A stretch of 63,725 bases of DNA, filler included, from Licmophora abbreviata (Eukaryota), in the NCBI GenBank assembly GCA_900291995.1. It is 6 parts of 6 records of this genome, joined end to end, with 100 filler letters (N's around TTAATTAATTAA, not from the genome) between each part and the next. Parts side by side here need not be neighbours in the genome. Positions count along the whole stretch, not along the records: positions 1 to 31,618 come from OLMU01001266.1; 5 more parts are not named here. The stretch is one strand, 5' to 3'. The notes under the pieces were generated by a model, which did not search any database, was not told the DNA's origin, and saw only the letters and a program-made list of their open reading frames with translations. Every line of letters starts with the position of its first letter. The stretch's first letter is position 1. This document shows, one piece after another, positions 12,464 through 25,600 of this stretch. The translations under genes and the position numbers were made by a program.

Positions 12464-13426
12464 ATGACTGAATTTCAAGGCTGCTGGTGAGTTTCTGAAC
12501 CGTAGAATCTTAATTTTGGTCATGTTCTTTCAAATCTCTCAATCCACGTTTCCCCCCAAACTTGAAACTCCAGTGTGTACCCACATCGGTACTGTGTCAC
12601 ACTTGGCTTAATATTCGCCTCCATCGGAGCCACCGTCGCGACCTTGTATGCGGTTATCAGCTGTCGATTTGTCGTGGTCTCTTTTACGTCCGACAAGGGA
12701 AATTTTGAGAATCTTTTCCTTGTCGATCCAGAAGGCGGGAGCGTGCCGGTACAATACCAAACCGCAGTGGGTCTCTTCTCCTGGCTTAAACCGAAAGATC
12801 CAGAAGGCCCATGGGACGACGGAAGCTGCCTGGGATACGGCGAACGACAACGAGATCAGATTGCCGACACCATCTTTGAGGCCGTGCGGATCCTCGGTAT
12901 CTTTGCTACACTGCTGAGCATCACTTTGTTGATGTGGGTCTTTTCGCTTTCGTGCATTGCCATGGGACCGCGACAGGTCTGGCTGTTTTCGGGATTCCAT
13001 CTGTTAATGTGTATCTTTGTCAGCTTGTTGTTTCTTATCACAAAGTCGGATCTCTGTCAAGAGGTTGGCCAAGATACAGAGTGCGCACTACAGGATGGCG
13101 GCCTCGTCTGCATCGCAGCAGCGATTCTCTGGTTCGCGACGTTTCTCGTTTCCGTAACTTTTGTCAAGTCACCGCTATCGCCATCGAGCGACGTCATGGC
13201 AAGTACTACAAGATCACGCGAGGTCGAAGCAAGACGACAGGAACAAAGACGGCGACGAAAAGATGTGCGTGAGAGAAAACTCATCGCAAGCATGGAGTCT
13301 CCCGGAAAGGTTGGCATTCAGTCTCAAGCAAAGAGCCAGACACCTGAGACTGTCGTTTCTTTCGATTCAGCGATGGAGGACGGAGCGATCGAGATAGGTT
13401 TCAAGCGGGGCTCGAGACAACATTGA
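12464..13426 (+). CDS. Four-TM claudin/PMP22-like membrane protein
   Basis: Micro-exon 12464-12486 (MTEFQGC) and intron 12487-12573 join in frame to the ORF. Four hydrophobic helices, VGLFSW and Cys in loop 1, and a basic cytosolic tail. Confidence 0.7.
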
Positions 13427-13903
13427 AGGCATGGTGGGGGTGATTGCTTAGTCTCGTTTGCGCTAGCCACGTGCTATTATAATTGATTCGCTCTCTAGTG
13501 GAATCGGAACAAATGATCCACGAGCAAGCTCCTTCTACTGTTAGACGATTTTCCGTCAATCTTGGTACAAAACAAGTGTGCAGCGATTGTGACTACGGAG
13601 TTTTACAGTTCTACTGCGCTAGCGGTCGGACGCGAGTCGCTGGTTTTCAGTTTCGGCGGGAATGAATCGAAACGACAGGGTGCGACCTGGTGGATATGGA
13701 AAAGCTTATTGGAATCATAGAGCATGGGACCACCTTGAATACCGCGGATTCTATGATGTGCGGTACAGCACCGTCATCAGTTAGCTGTGCAATACACTTC
13801 TTCCCAAATCCTATGTCAAATATGGTCGATTGTATGAGCTAGCTAGCTATTTCTGTTTGCAGCCATTCGGTGCGTTGAACTTCCCATCCTTCATGCATCT
13901 TGC

Positions 13904-16900
13904 TCACAGTCCCTTTCGCTTCTTCGCTGCTGTACCGGATTCTTGCTTTTTCTCGACAACCCCGACGACAGCTGCAAACAAACTCATCTTCGTATCACCA
14001 GCGTTCAATTTCCCTTCCTCCTTCGACATCTCGTCGGCCGGTCGCTTCAAAAGAAAGCGTGCCGGCGAGTTGCTCAGAGAGTTCAAGGCGGAAATGGCTT
14101 CGAGGTCCGAGTCTTTCAGCCCGTGCGCGTCTCCCAGCAACTCTGCATGAAGAGGGGTGTGTGGTTGACTCATCGCCGACAGAGGAGCAGACTTGAATCG
14201 ACCCAACTCCTCGTTGCACTCGAGAGCTTGCTTGCTCCGGTCGGAAATAGCAAAATTGCTCAACTCGAATCCATCGTGACTTCCGCCGCCGACAACACCG
14301 CCCCCAAGATTACTAATAGGCCCCATCATTGAACCGGGTGAGAATCCTTTGAGACCCATGCCAGGAGAAAATCCATTCGGCAATGCGGGTGAATACATGC
14401 TCTTGACGGCAGGGGAGAACCCGACCGGAGTTGGAGTCCCGAAAGTCGAAATGCCCCTCGGAGGGTGGGGGCGAGATGGCGTGGACTGGAAGTCATATCC
14501 CGACACCTGCCCGTTACCGTCCTTTCCCGGCGAGATCTGCCGGTCTCCAGACTTCTTTCCAGCTCGCTCAAGCACATTGGCCATAATGCTACCATTCGTC
14601 CGTTTTGCTGGTGACAACCTGGCCACACCACTCGCTTCTCCAAGCATAGAGAGACCACTCGAGGAGGCGGAGTCCATCTCCAAGGAAGGCAACTTGTCGA
14701 CATCCCCACCTCTTCGACCGTTTCCAACATGGCTCGCTGCTGCGCTAGCGACCAGACTTTCCGGGTCATTGTCCACTAGCCTTTTCATTCTCGACATCTG
14801 CGACCAGTCGTTCGTAGCCTCGTTCAAAATTCTTTCAATTCCGGTTCGAGTATTTCCATCTGTACTTGCATCCAGTCTAGAGCCAGACGTCGGACAAGAG
14901 GCTCGACTCGACAGACCAGCAGGCCCTCGGGCCACCAAGCCAGCAGGACCCTTTGCCGGTGACATTCGACTGCCCATAGAGGGCTGTGGTCGTGGTCCGG
15001 GTAAGCCAGCGCGGGCAAATGGCGCGCCAGGATGTGGGAGCGGTTGCGGGTTGCCGGCTCTAAAGCCGATACCCGCCATCGTCTTAAGATTTTTCCGATT
15101 GGAGTAGGTCTTCGGAGGAGCGGGCGGTCGCGAAGTAGTCTTCGTCCCACTTCGGTTCACAGCAGCTGCAGGTGTCTCGCTTTCACGTTTCGTGCGCTTG
15201 ACCGTTGCCTGGATTCGCCGATCAAGAACTTGGTACCGTTTTCGTAAGTGACCGCGATCTCGATGAGGAATCAGTCGGCTACTCAGCTCCGCCCACATAT
15301 TGCCCATCAGCGGAACCGCCTTAAGCAAAGTTAGATCCTCTTCGATGCTCCAGCGATGAACGTTCAGAATGGCCGGAGGATCCACCTTTTTAAGCTTGGA
15401 AAGAGCTTCTTCGTCGAGAGTCTCGTGCTTCATGTCCTTCGGAATTGGCTTGAGGTTGCCGTTGTCGTCAATAGAGACGTCATGAGCATGGTATATCATT
15501 AGGCAAAGTTTGGAATATCGCTGCGATATTATGTTGATGGATCGATCTGGAAGATACCTATCTGCAATCAGCAACCACTGTTTCTCTCCGTACAGGTTCT
15601 ATTGAGATCAAAAAGCGACGACAAGTACGATGCTAGATCAGTGACAGCACCTTACAGACAGAACGCCGGGCAACCACTCGACTTACCACACCGCGTAGGA
15701 TTAGATTGTCTTCTGCAGCGGTGAACTGATTGCGATTCTTCCTCAGCTGCAGTTGTTGGGTGACTGTTGCCGGTGGAAAGAATCCGCTACCAAATACCTC
15801 CTTCGCGTCGCTCAGCACCTGCGACACGTCACCGACGCCTGGAAGCATCGATTGGTCAAAGTTGGCACCAGCCTGTTTCATGACAGCTCGACAGGCATCC
15901 GGATGCTAGGAGGAGAGAAGAAGCAGAGGTTGAGACTAGATGAAGAATTGCGCTTAACCCCGTTTGCTCACGATACTGCACACACGTACATCCGGTGCGG
16001 CCAAAATGTTGATTCCGGCCGTTCTCCGCACTTTCGAGTAGCTCTGGTCCATTATCTCGAAGGTCATCTTGAGTCGGTCCAATCCTTGCACGTCAAATAG
16101 TGTGCTCCGAGTCCTCGATGAGTTAGGATCTTCTAACGATTGGTGAAACGCAGATCGTGTGAGACGCCGCCCGCCTTCCTCGGGCGAAGCCGACAGCTGC
16201 GGCATGAGCGATCGCTTGCCACTCGGACCCACTTTAGCGGCCGAGCCCTCCTCGAGCTGCATAAAGTTGCGAATAGCATCTTTTCGATTCTGATCCAGAT
16301 CCTGTAACATGCCAAGCGGCACTGTCGATGATCTCAGCCAAGTCCTCTGGTGATTCATGATAGACGTCTTCGGTCGTTGACGCACCGGCACGACGAGACC
16401 GCTCCTTTTCCACCTTGACAGATTGGACAGCCCGGACCGCCAGGATTCCCTGCTGCAAAAGCAGCTGGTAATGCTGTGCCATGAGCTGCTGTAGCATTCC
16501 AACTTGGCGGACGGTGACGACCGTTCTTGAGGATTGGCGAGCGGCGTCGCGGAGTGGTGTGTTTGGGGAAGCTTCATTACCAGACTTCTTGCCAGTCACG
16601 CCACTGGCAGGAACAGAAGATGCCGCCGGTTTAGTCACAGTCGTCGGATGGGCTGTCTCAGGAGTGCTACCCAGAAGCGTCGACACGGCAGCTTCGAGAT
16701 CCTCTTCCAGCAAACTGCCCAGTTCCTGTTCTAGTTCGGCGTAAATGTTGGTTTCCCAAGCTTGAGCTGCGTCACCTAAGGGCAAGTTCAAATCTGGCGT
16801 CGGAGGGGAGTCGTCAGAGGAGGCCACTCTTTCAAGCGCTGCCTCTTCGTCATCGTCATCGGACTCGTCGTCATCATCAAGAAAAAATTCGTCGTCCTCC

Positions 16901-17385
16901 TCCTCCGGAAACTTGAGGAGTGACGATACAGAAGGCAAAGATACCATGTCATCCTCCCATCTCTTGCTCCCGAGGCTTCGCACGAAGCGTTGATAGTCAT
17001 CTTCAGCAGACTCAGGTCCAGATACAGTAGCTCCAGTGCCCTGTTGGACCGACAAGGCCTGGGGTGTTATTTTTCGACGCACTCCCACTGGGGACGCGCC
17101 ATCCTCTGCAGAAGCACTCATGCCAGTCGGTTGTGTCGAGGGCGGCTCGGCGGCAGAAGGTCGCAGCGGTGGGGTCTGGTAGCGACTCTTGCGTGGAGAC
17201 TTGCTATTGGGATCCGTTGACAAGGCGTAAGCACGGGCTTGGGCTTTGATTTGTTCCTTGGGGTCCAGCTGTTGGGCGTTACTGGTGGTAGAAGTGGTAT
17301 CGGCCTTTTCGGGTGGCTGGGTCAATTTCTGTGTTATGCTTGCTGACTTCAGATTCCGATTGGCTTTAGTCTGGACACTTGGCAT
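13904..17385 (-). CDS. GON4L/DUO3-like Myb/SANT-domain nuclear protein (apparent frameshift at about 16314)
   Basis: Introns 15599-15686 and 15906-15989. Two Myb repeats: FTAAEDNLILRGVNLYGEKQWLLIADRYLP and WSIEEDLTLLKAVPLMGNMWAEL. Also DDYQRFVRSL, an acidic tract and QQLMAQHYQLLLQ. One extra base at 16314-16315 separates IIDSAA from GMLQDLD. Confidence 0.75.
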
Positions 17386-18135
17386 GGCCCTTCCGGTTCG
17401 CAGATGTGAAATAGTCTCGTAAAACGGCGTCAAATTTAGCTGCAGTATGAAAACAGAGCCCACTCGTGTAAACTTCAGCGAGTGTTTCAAGTTACTTTTT
17501 CTTGAGCTTTTCGAGCTGCTCGGGCACCGATTTTCGATTCCTCCTTCTAGATACGTACAGGGATGTAATTCAGAGAGTGGGGAAGTCGAAGAAGAATGGA
17601 GGAGCGCTGTACAACGACGACAAGGTCAACAAAGGGGTTCTTCCGAGCGCCTGTGGCGGTCATGAGAAGCAAAAAGTTGCCCATGAATTCAGGATCGATC
17701 AATCTGAAATGTACAGAAGTGAAGTAAATCTATCTTATCAATGCTCCTAGTCAGTCTCCGATTTCAATTCACAAATTCCTTCGCGGTACGGGGTGCCTCG
17801 TACGTATCTACCACAACATGGAGTTTGAAGGAGTCACGGTGGCCTGAAAGCTTTTTGGGCGCGCCACATCCATTGGGAATGTAAGCCTTCATTAGGGTAT
17901 AGGAGTATACTTTGGCGCGCCATACGTATGTACTACATTTGTACATGGAATCAATGTATGTAAAATTTGTACCAGGTACACGATACACGAGAAGAATCAA
18001 TCAAGTCAGTCGTCACGACACGATGATGAACGATCGAAGGACAGAGCTTCAGTCGATCCACGACGACCATCCAAGATTTCCTGTGGCCACCCAAAACAAG
18101 GACTTGCTTTCGATAGAGTCAGTCTACAAGCAACC

Positions 18136-20171
18136 ATGGCGCATATTCTCACTGCTGTGTCAGGTACGACGCTCCTTGTGGCGATCGCGCGGCTCATTGG
18201 CGCTCTGATTGAAGCGAGCTCAAAAACGTCCTAGAAAATCACTCCAGAAATGAGAAATAAATTGAAGTCCGCAGTTTTTCAAAGCTCAATTTCTCGTTGA
18301 CTAGTTCCCTTACACTGACACACCTTTTCACGCTCACTTTCGTTCTCAACTCTCAGGAAACGACGTTGACATAGTCAAGCCAACGCGTGCTCTCATTTCT
18401 GTGTCGGACAAGACTGGAATCGTTGACTTCGCCACATTCCTGGCATCTCAGAATGTCCAGCTCCTCTCGACCGGTGGCACCGCCAAGAAGTTGCGAGATG
18501 CTGGTTTGACCGTCATGGACGTTTCCGAGTACACTCAGTCGGTCGAATGCCTCGATGGGCGTGTCAAGACTCTCCATCCCAAGGTGCATGGGGGGCTGCT
18601 CGGAGTTCGCGGTAATCCGCAGCACGAAAAGGAAATGGCGGATCTAGGCATCGAAAAGATTGACATCACCATTCTAAACCTGTACCCCTTTGAGGCCACG
18701 GTTTCCAAGGGAGCAGCGTTTGAACAGTGCATCGAAAATATTGATATTGGTGGTCCTTCCATGCTCCGCTCGACTGCCAAGAATCATGCTTTCACCACCA
18801 TTGTGACTTCGCCTGATCAGTACGACGAGGTCAAATCGGAAATCGCGGAGAAAGGCGGCACTACGCTTCTACTTCGCAAGCGCTACGCAGCCCGAGCGTT
18901 TGCCTTGTCCGCCTCGTACGACTCAACAATCGCTACGTGGTTCCAAAAGCAGATCGGCGAGGACACCGCTCCGGTCCACACCAAGGTCTACAAACCCGAA
19001 TTCCCCCTCAAGTACGGATGTAACCCACAGCAGAAGCCTGCATTGATCTTGTCGCGTCAAGGAAAGCCGCTTCCTTTCGCCGTTCTTAATGGTATCCCTG
19101 GATACATTAATCTACTGGATGCCGCCAACGCTTGGCAGCTGGTGGCGGAACTCAAACAGGCGACGGGCTTGACTGCAGCTTCCAGCTTCAAGCATGTGAG
19201 TCCTGCCGGGGCCGCCGTCGCGGTGCCCCTAACGGAATTGGAGTGTCAAGCCTACGAAGTCAAATTGGAAGACGCCGGGAGTCTTACACCCGCTGCCTTG
19301 GCTTACCTTCGTGCTCGTAACGCCGATCCAATGTGTTCGTTCGGAGACTTTTGCGCTGTTTCGGATCAAGTGGATGAAGCTACTGCCAAGATTCTCAAGC
19401 GCGAAGTGAGCGACGGTATTATTGCCCCAGGCTACACACCGGAAGCGCTGGCGTTGCTGAAGACGAAAAAGGGCGGAAAGTTCATCATTCTAGAAGCCAC
19501 GGCGAACTATGATCCGGGCGAGATGGAGTATCGCGAGGTGTATGGGATGACGTTCGCGCAGAAGCGTAACCAGGAAGTGATCGGCAAACCAAACATGGAA
19601 AAGGTCGTTACCGCCAAGAAAGATCTTTCCGACGGAGCCATTCGCGACATGATCGTGGCGTCGATTTGTATCAAGTACACGCAGAGCAACAGTGTTGGCT
19701 TTGCCAAGGACGGAATGATGGTCGGCGTTGGTGCCGGCCAGCAGTCTCGTGTCGATTGTGTCAAGCTGGCGGGTCGCAAGGTTTGTACATGGTATCTGCG
19801 ACAGCATCCGAAGGTGTTGGCGCTCCCGTTCAAGGACGGTGTGAAGCGGCAGGATCGCGTGAATGCTCGCGTGAGGTACATTGAGGGAGACTTCACCGCT
19901 GAAGAACGAACTAGGTGGGAGGCACAGTTCTCCGAAGTGCCAGAACCATTGACAGAAGCCGAAGGCCGACTTCCTGAAGGAATCGACTGGTATCAGTATC
20001 AGCAGTGACGCCTTCTTCCCGTTCCGCGACTCTATCGATCATGCCTCCAAGCTGGGCGTTTCTTACGTTGCTCAGCCTGGAGGCAGCGTTCAGGACGCAC
20101 AGGTTACGGAGGCTTGCGACGAATACGGAATGGCAATGTGCTTTACAGGGATTCGACTTTTCCACCATTAG
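18136..20171 (+). CDS. purH: Bifunctional AICAR transformylase/IMP cyclohydrolase (apparent 2-nt deletion at about 19962)
   Basis: Exon 1 18136-18163, intron 18164-18356. Motifs [60 protein letters not shown]. The C-terminus [23 protein letters not shown] lies in a shifted frame ending at TAG 20169-20171. Confidence 0.97.
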
Positions 20172-20379
20172 AGTGCGGTTGTCATGTGGACTTGTGCAGC
20201 TCAAGAATAGCTAGAAAATTGGTAGTGCATGGGAAGGTAAATTCGAAATCAGTTTCTCAGTTTTTGTTGCAAGTTCATTTATAAAGTATGTCATCAATCA
20301 AATGCGCCATCAGACGTTTCGCATCCATGACATTGGCTCCCGTTGCCGTTGCCGGTTTTGTCATGGTCGTAACAAAATC

Positions 20380-21642
20380 TCATATCTCCACACCGACCCG
20401 CTCCTTTGGCGAGTCATGACGTCCGCGCGATCGCACTGGCAGCGATGACGGAGCCCGCAAACGCCTCGGAAAGGCCACCGACACGTACAGCTCCTCCTGC
20501 TGAGTTGTGGCGATGCATTCCACCTCTTCTTCTGCCACTCGATTTTCACGATCCTCCTCGAGCGTCTGTAGTTCCTTCTCATCAAAATACAAGTAGGCGC
20601 ACTCTTCTGGTCGTGTCTTGGGACGATACTGGAGGGATGTCACAAGGGGGTGAGAGAAACGAACTGTGCGGCGGCGATTGGACGTGTCGGCTGTGGAGAC
20701 GTCATCCGATGTCCATCGCTTCAGGATGGCAAGTTCGTCTCGAAGCTGATGGAGCTCTCGCTTCGACTGAATGCGCGCCAACACGTCAGAGCAGTTTTCG
20801 ATAATGGACTTGGGGGAAGTCTTTCCCAGTTCGGTGGTTGGGGTGGCGGACCTAGGCGTGAGCATGCCACTCAGACGAAAGGGCGTGCACCCGGTCGTGT
20901 GACCCTCGTCGTGTGACAGAGAATCGAAGCGCTCTCGCCGCCGGCTGCGGTTCCGACTTCCTCCCCGATGCGATCTGTTCGTTGAAGAGGTCGAGTCATC
21001 GCTGAAACGATGCTCGGTCGCTCCATCCGGCACGGTGTGCCGGCGAGTCCCTGAACTCTCGTGTGCAGACAAAGATTGTTCCCGCTGTTTGCGAGCTCGT
21101 GCTTCTCGTCTCTCGTCTTCTTGAAAGTACTCAGGCGAATGAAAGAGCGACGGTGGAGCACCCACCTCGTCCATGGATCGATTGCTTGGAACCGAAATGA
21201 AGCGTGGCGGAGACTCCGGCGGTTCTTTCCCTTTCTCGTGACGATGGGAGTGAGAGCGTCTTTGCTGTAGTCCCCGTTGACCACAAGCCGCTTCCGGCCT
21301 GTAGCGTCTCATCTCCAAGTCTTTCGCAGGATAGTCGTAATACGAATACGGCGACTCGCCCAAGGCCGTGCACGCGTAGGCTGCGGTGGGAGAGCACAAT
21401 GCACCTATGCCAAGGCCATCGAGCTGTCTTCGCTTTTCGGTACTTCTAGGATGATAGGACGCTACTCCGGAAATTTTCGTGTAGTCGGGCACGTTGTCGT
21501 CCCAATCGGGCTCGTCCGGGTCGACCTGCAGCTCAGGCGGTATCTCATAGCCTAGAGTCGCTCGAGTCGAAATTGCGTCGGGAGATTCACTCCGTTGTTG
21601 CGAACGCCGAGAGGTCGAGCGCCACGACGAGCGAGACGACAT
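20380..21642 (-). CDS. Hypothetical Ser/Arg-rich protein with RVxF-like motif module (RTVRFSHPLVTSL...LYFDEKELQTLEEDR)
   Basis: Long ORF, first ATG at 21642. Motif block shared with 8467-9687. Confidence 0.75.
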   Translation of the reverse strand: MSSRSSWRSTSRRSQQRSESPDAISTRATLGYEIPPELQVDPDEPDWDDNVPDYTKISGVASYHPRSTEKRRQLDGLGIGALCSPTAAYACTALGESPYSYYDYPAKDLEMRRYRPEAACGQRGLQQRRSHSHRHEKGKEPPESPPRFISVPSNRSMDEVGAPPSLFHSPEYFQEDERREARARKQREQSLSAHESSGTRRHTVPDGATEHRFSDDSTSSTNRSHRGGSRNRSRRRERFDSLSHDEGHTTGCTPFRLSGMLTPRSATPTTELGKTSPKSIIENCSDVLARIQSKRELHQLRDELAILKRWTSDDVSTADTSNRRRTVRFSHPLVTSLQYRPKTRPEECAYLYFDEKELQTLEEDRENRVAEEEVECIATTQQEELYVSVAFPRRLRAPSSLPVRSRGRHDSPKERVGVEI

Positions 21643-22681
21643 GTTCGACGCTACGAGAGAGCAAGCAGCGAGTTCCAACCGAGTTCTACGTCTCGTCGAC
21701 GTCAAAGCTGGATCCAGTCACAGGCCAAAGAGTCTCTCGAGCTCTCTACTAGTAGCTAGTTACTACGAAGTAGATGGTCCTGCAGCACCCAGTCTGGAGT
21801 GCACGCCGGAAATTTTGTGATCAATCTTCGGCGGGACGTCCTCGTCTTCTTGAGAGAGTGTATCGTGTGATACATAGGCTCGTAACAAGTTCAAGGTACG
21901 GTGCCTTGGTAAAGTTCAGCGCAAGCGCAAGCCTTCGCTTCATGGATTGCTGCGTGTGAAATTAGTCCCGCAAGTTGTCAGCATTTTCAATTTTGGAATT
22001 TTGAGCCCCACTTTAGTGCCCAAATGTGTCATTATAATCATATATATCTAAATACATTATTAACGTCAACAACCGTTGTTGTACACTAACTATTTCGCAT
22101 TGGAATTTTGTCAATGGTCATGCTCGGACACTCGTACTCGTGCATATGATATGCACGAACGCAAAAGTGACCTCAACACATAGAATGCAAAAATATGAAG
22201 ACAACATCCGCGCCGTCGCCAACCAGCAGCAACGACAGAGACTCGGCTGAAACTGAAGCCGTTGGAACAGGACAAGAAGGGCAGAGAAGGCTGCGCGTGC
22301 TGTCGGTAACACAAGGGAATAAAACGATAGACTCATTCGAGCTCGGTGTCGACCGGGAAACCGCGATGCATCTATTCTCGGTTCTCGGATTGACAGTTGA
22401 CACTCAGTATTCGTCAGTACGCCGGCAGAGAACTCGTGTTGTGGGTGACAGGCACAAATGTAATGAAGACAGTGTCAACTTTCAAGTTCAAAGTTGCACC
22501 GGGCGTACCGGTGCCGTTGACTTCCATGGTACTAGTACCCAGGTACCACCGTAGACAGGGAAAAGGAGGTGCCGCTGGCTGTCGTCCAATAGTGGATAGG
22601 CTACTAGCTTGCGATCCACATGAATGTCCTATTGACTACCATTACACTTACGTCTTGGCGTCATTCCACATTGTCGTATTC

Positions 22682-25600
22682 TTACATCAACAGGAGAGCC
22701 GTCGCCATGAGACTAGCAAGGCTTACAGAAACAGATGCGAGATGTCTCCAGGCGGCACTGTGACAATCTGATGATCCCATATACTTGGCCTTTTGGCAAG
22801 GTTCGCACGACAACTCTTGACTGATTTGTCTGCCCGCGTTGCTCGAGGTGCCGATCGGGCAAAGGATTCCATCGCACCCGTAAGCTTGGACGTCGTAGTC
22901 GTTCCAGCCAGAAATCTCACACAACCTCTTGTCGATTGCTTCGATCTTGTTGTTCTTCAACACGATACTCAATCGATCTAGTCGCTCAAGGTCGAACGGC
23001 AGAGTACCACCGATCTGGTTGTACGAGAGGTCGGCAAAGACCTTTTCGGTCGAAGAGGCATCGAACAAGAACGTCTCTGGTACCGAACCAGTAAGCTTGT
23101 TGTGCGATAGATCCAGATGAACCATGTGCTTGAATCCCACGAAGTCTACAAGCGGACCAGCGAGGTCGTTCTCGGAAGCCAAGAATGATGCCAAATTCGG
23201 AAGTTTTCCAAGCCAGTGAGGCAGAGGACCCCGGATCTTGTTGTTGCTCAACTCCAACGATTCGAGTTGCACCAAGCTCATTATCTCGGTTGGAAAGCTA
23301 CCCGACAGGCCATTGAAACGGACGTTGAGTTCTACCAGGGAGCGTGCCTTCTCAATACCCGCTAACGACTTCGTCCCAGTCGAGTCAAGGATGAGACTTT
23401 TGAGGTGCTGTGCGTTCTCAATGCCCTCAAAGGAGAACACGACATCGTTTCCGAACAGCGACAAGCGATTCAAGTTAGGTAGCCTGTACAGGTGTGTTGG
23501 AATGTGACCACGCAGTCCGTTGCCCCCCAGCGTAATACTAACGACGCTTTTAGAATCGTCGCATGTGATGCCATACCAGTCGCAAATGTGCGTGTCCTCG
23601 CTATACCAGTTCTTGGAGTCCTTCCAGCCGAATCCGCCAGCATTGTCGAACAAGAGCTGCAGCGCAATACGCTCCGTCAGAAGTGGCTCGCGAGTCTCAC
23701 ACTGGGTTTGACCAAGGAACTCCGATGACGAGCCACCGCAGTCGCGGCATTCGAGATTATCGTAAACGCGCCGACCCGCGTCCGTCGTCGTGGATCCAGG
23801 ACAAAGAATTGCTTCGCAACCAAACTCGCGAACGCCACCACTCATCCAGTCATCCATGGCGCATAGCTGATTGCTTATTTCCGTAAAGTAGTTGTTCTCT
23901 AACATGACATCCATCCGTTGAAATCGTGATAAGGATCCTGGGACCACACCTGTCAGCACATTGTTGGACAAGTCGACAAGCAAGGACGCCTGCAAGTCGA
24001 CGTTTTTCAACAGATTATGCGGAATCGTTCCCTCGAACTGATTGTGGCCCAACATGAGGCTCGTTAGCTCCGTGTTCGTACTGAACGGCAAAATCTCACC
24101 CGATATGCCGCCGCCCTTTGTCGTCTGATCGGTCACGGACAGCGCCTCTAATTCTTTCAGACCCTCCAACGCGACGGGTAGAGTTCCAGTGAATTTATTC
24201 TTGGCTAGCGACAAGACTTTCAACGAGGCCAGAGAGCTGAGTGCTTCCGGGATCTGTCCCCGGAGATTGTTGCCGTATAGGTACATTTCCTCCAGGAGGC
24301 TCAGCTGTCCAATCGAATCGTCGATTTCCGACGACAAGCCACATTCTGCCATACTCAAGGTTACCAACGATGAAACCTGCAGAACTTCTTTCGGGATTGG
24401 ACCACCCAGACGGAGCTTGTCGGCGACGAAGTGTGCAAAGACGTCGTTCGCCTTGTCAAGACCAGAGAAGTCGTGCGTATCTGTCGCAGCAATGTTGATG
24501 CGACGCACTCCATTATGGGTATCGATTCCCTCAAAAGGCAGTACGACAGGATTCCAACTTATACTAATGGTCGAGAGGTATTCGAGCGCCCAAATTGCAC
24601 CAGGAATGGTTCCTCGAAGTCCGTTGTTGTCCAGCTCAATCATCTGGATCTTACCAGTCTTGAAGTTTGTTTCGCCCAAATCCCAGCAAGTAATGCCGTA
24701 CCACTCGCATATATCAACATCGCTATCCAGCCATCCTTCCTTGTGGAACCATCCCGATGGCCCATCGGTCGCTTGGCAGAGCTGTGTGAGAATAGCGCGT
24801 TCGTCGGACTCGTCCAAGCAAGTTGTCTGTCCCATGGTGAGCGCCGTGTCACAACGATCGCATTGTGCATTGGCCGTGCGACGTCCTGCTGAATTGTATG
24901 TACGGACTGGACACAAGATTGCGTCACACCCGAAATCGCCCACGTGAGAATCCATCCACAGAGAATTATCGCACAGGTCCGTATCGATCGAAGTGAATTC
25001 ATTGTCAGCGAGCAAAATCTTGAACTCTTTCAACTGCAACCTATCCAACGTCGCTGGCACGACACCAGTCAAGTGATTTCCGGCAAGATCAATACGCAAG
25101 GCGTCCACGGCATCGTTGTTGCTGACTGCTTCCAGAAAGTTGGAAGGAATGGTCCCCTTCAAGTCGTTGTAGTTGAGGAACAAAAGTTCCAGCGATTCCT
25201 GACGATTGAACGGAAGTAGATCTCCTGTTAACTGATTATTGTCGAGAAAGAGTTCTTCAAGATCGGGGAGTTCTTGTAGAAATGCGGGGAGCCAACCGGC
25301 AAATTTGTTCTGTGAGAGCAACAAGACTTGCACCTTCGAGAGGTCGGCGATGGCACGGGGAATACTTCCAGTGAGTTCATTGGAAAGAAGATTGAATTGT
25401 TCGAGTTTTGTGAGTTTCGATAGCTCAGATGGCACCTCTCCTTCGAATCCGCACTCGGCCATGTGGAGCGACGTGAGGTGTGTGAGTTCAAAGATTTCCT
25501 TTGGAATTTGAACACCGTTACCAAGCGAGGTGCTTCCCGACATGTGGAGCCCCTCCAAAGTCGATCTGAGTCCGGATATGCCAGCGATACTCGACGTGGC

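Noticed and set aside
18136..20171. purH as a pseudogene or programmed frameshift
   Set aside because: Both halves are fully conserved, there is no slippery heptamer, and the platform adapter indicates homopolymer error.
21774..22681. Several short ORFs in the spacer between the orphan gene and the LRR gene
   Set aside because: Overlapping, motif-free and partly AT-rich, consistent with intergenic DNA.
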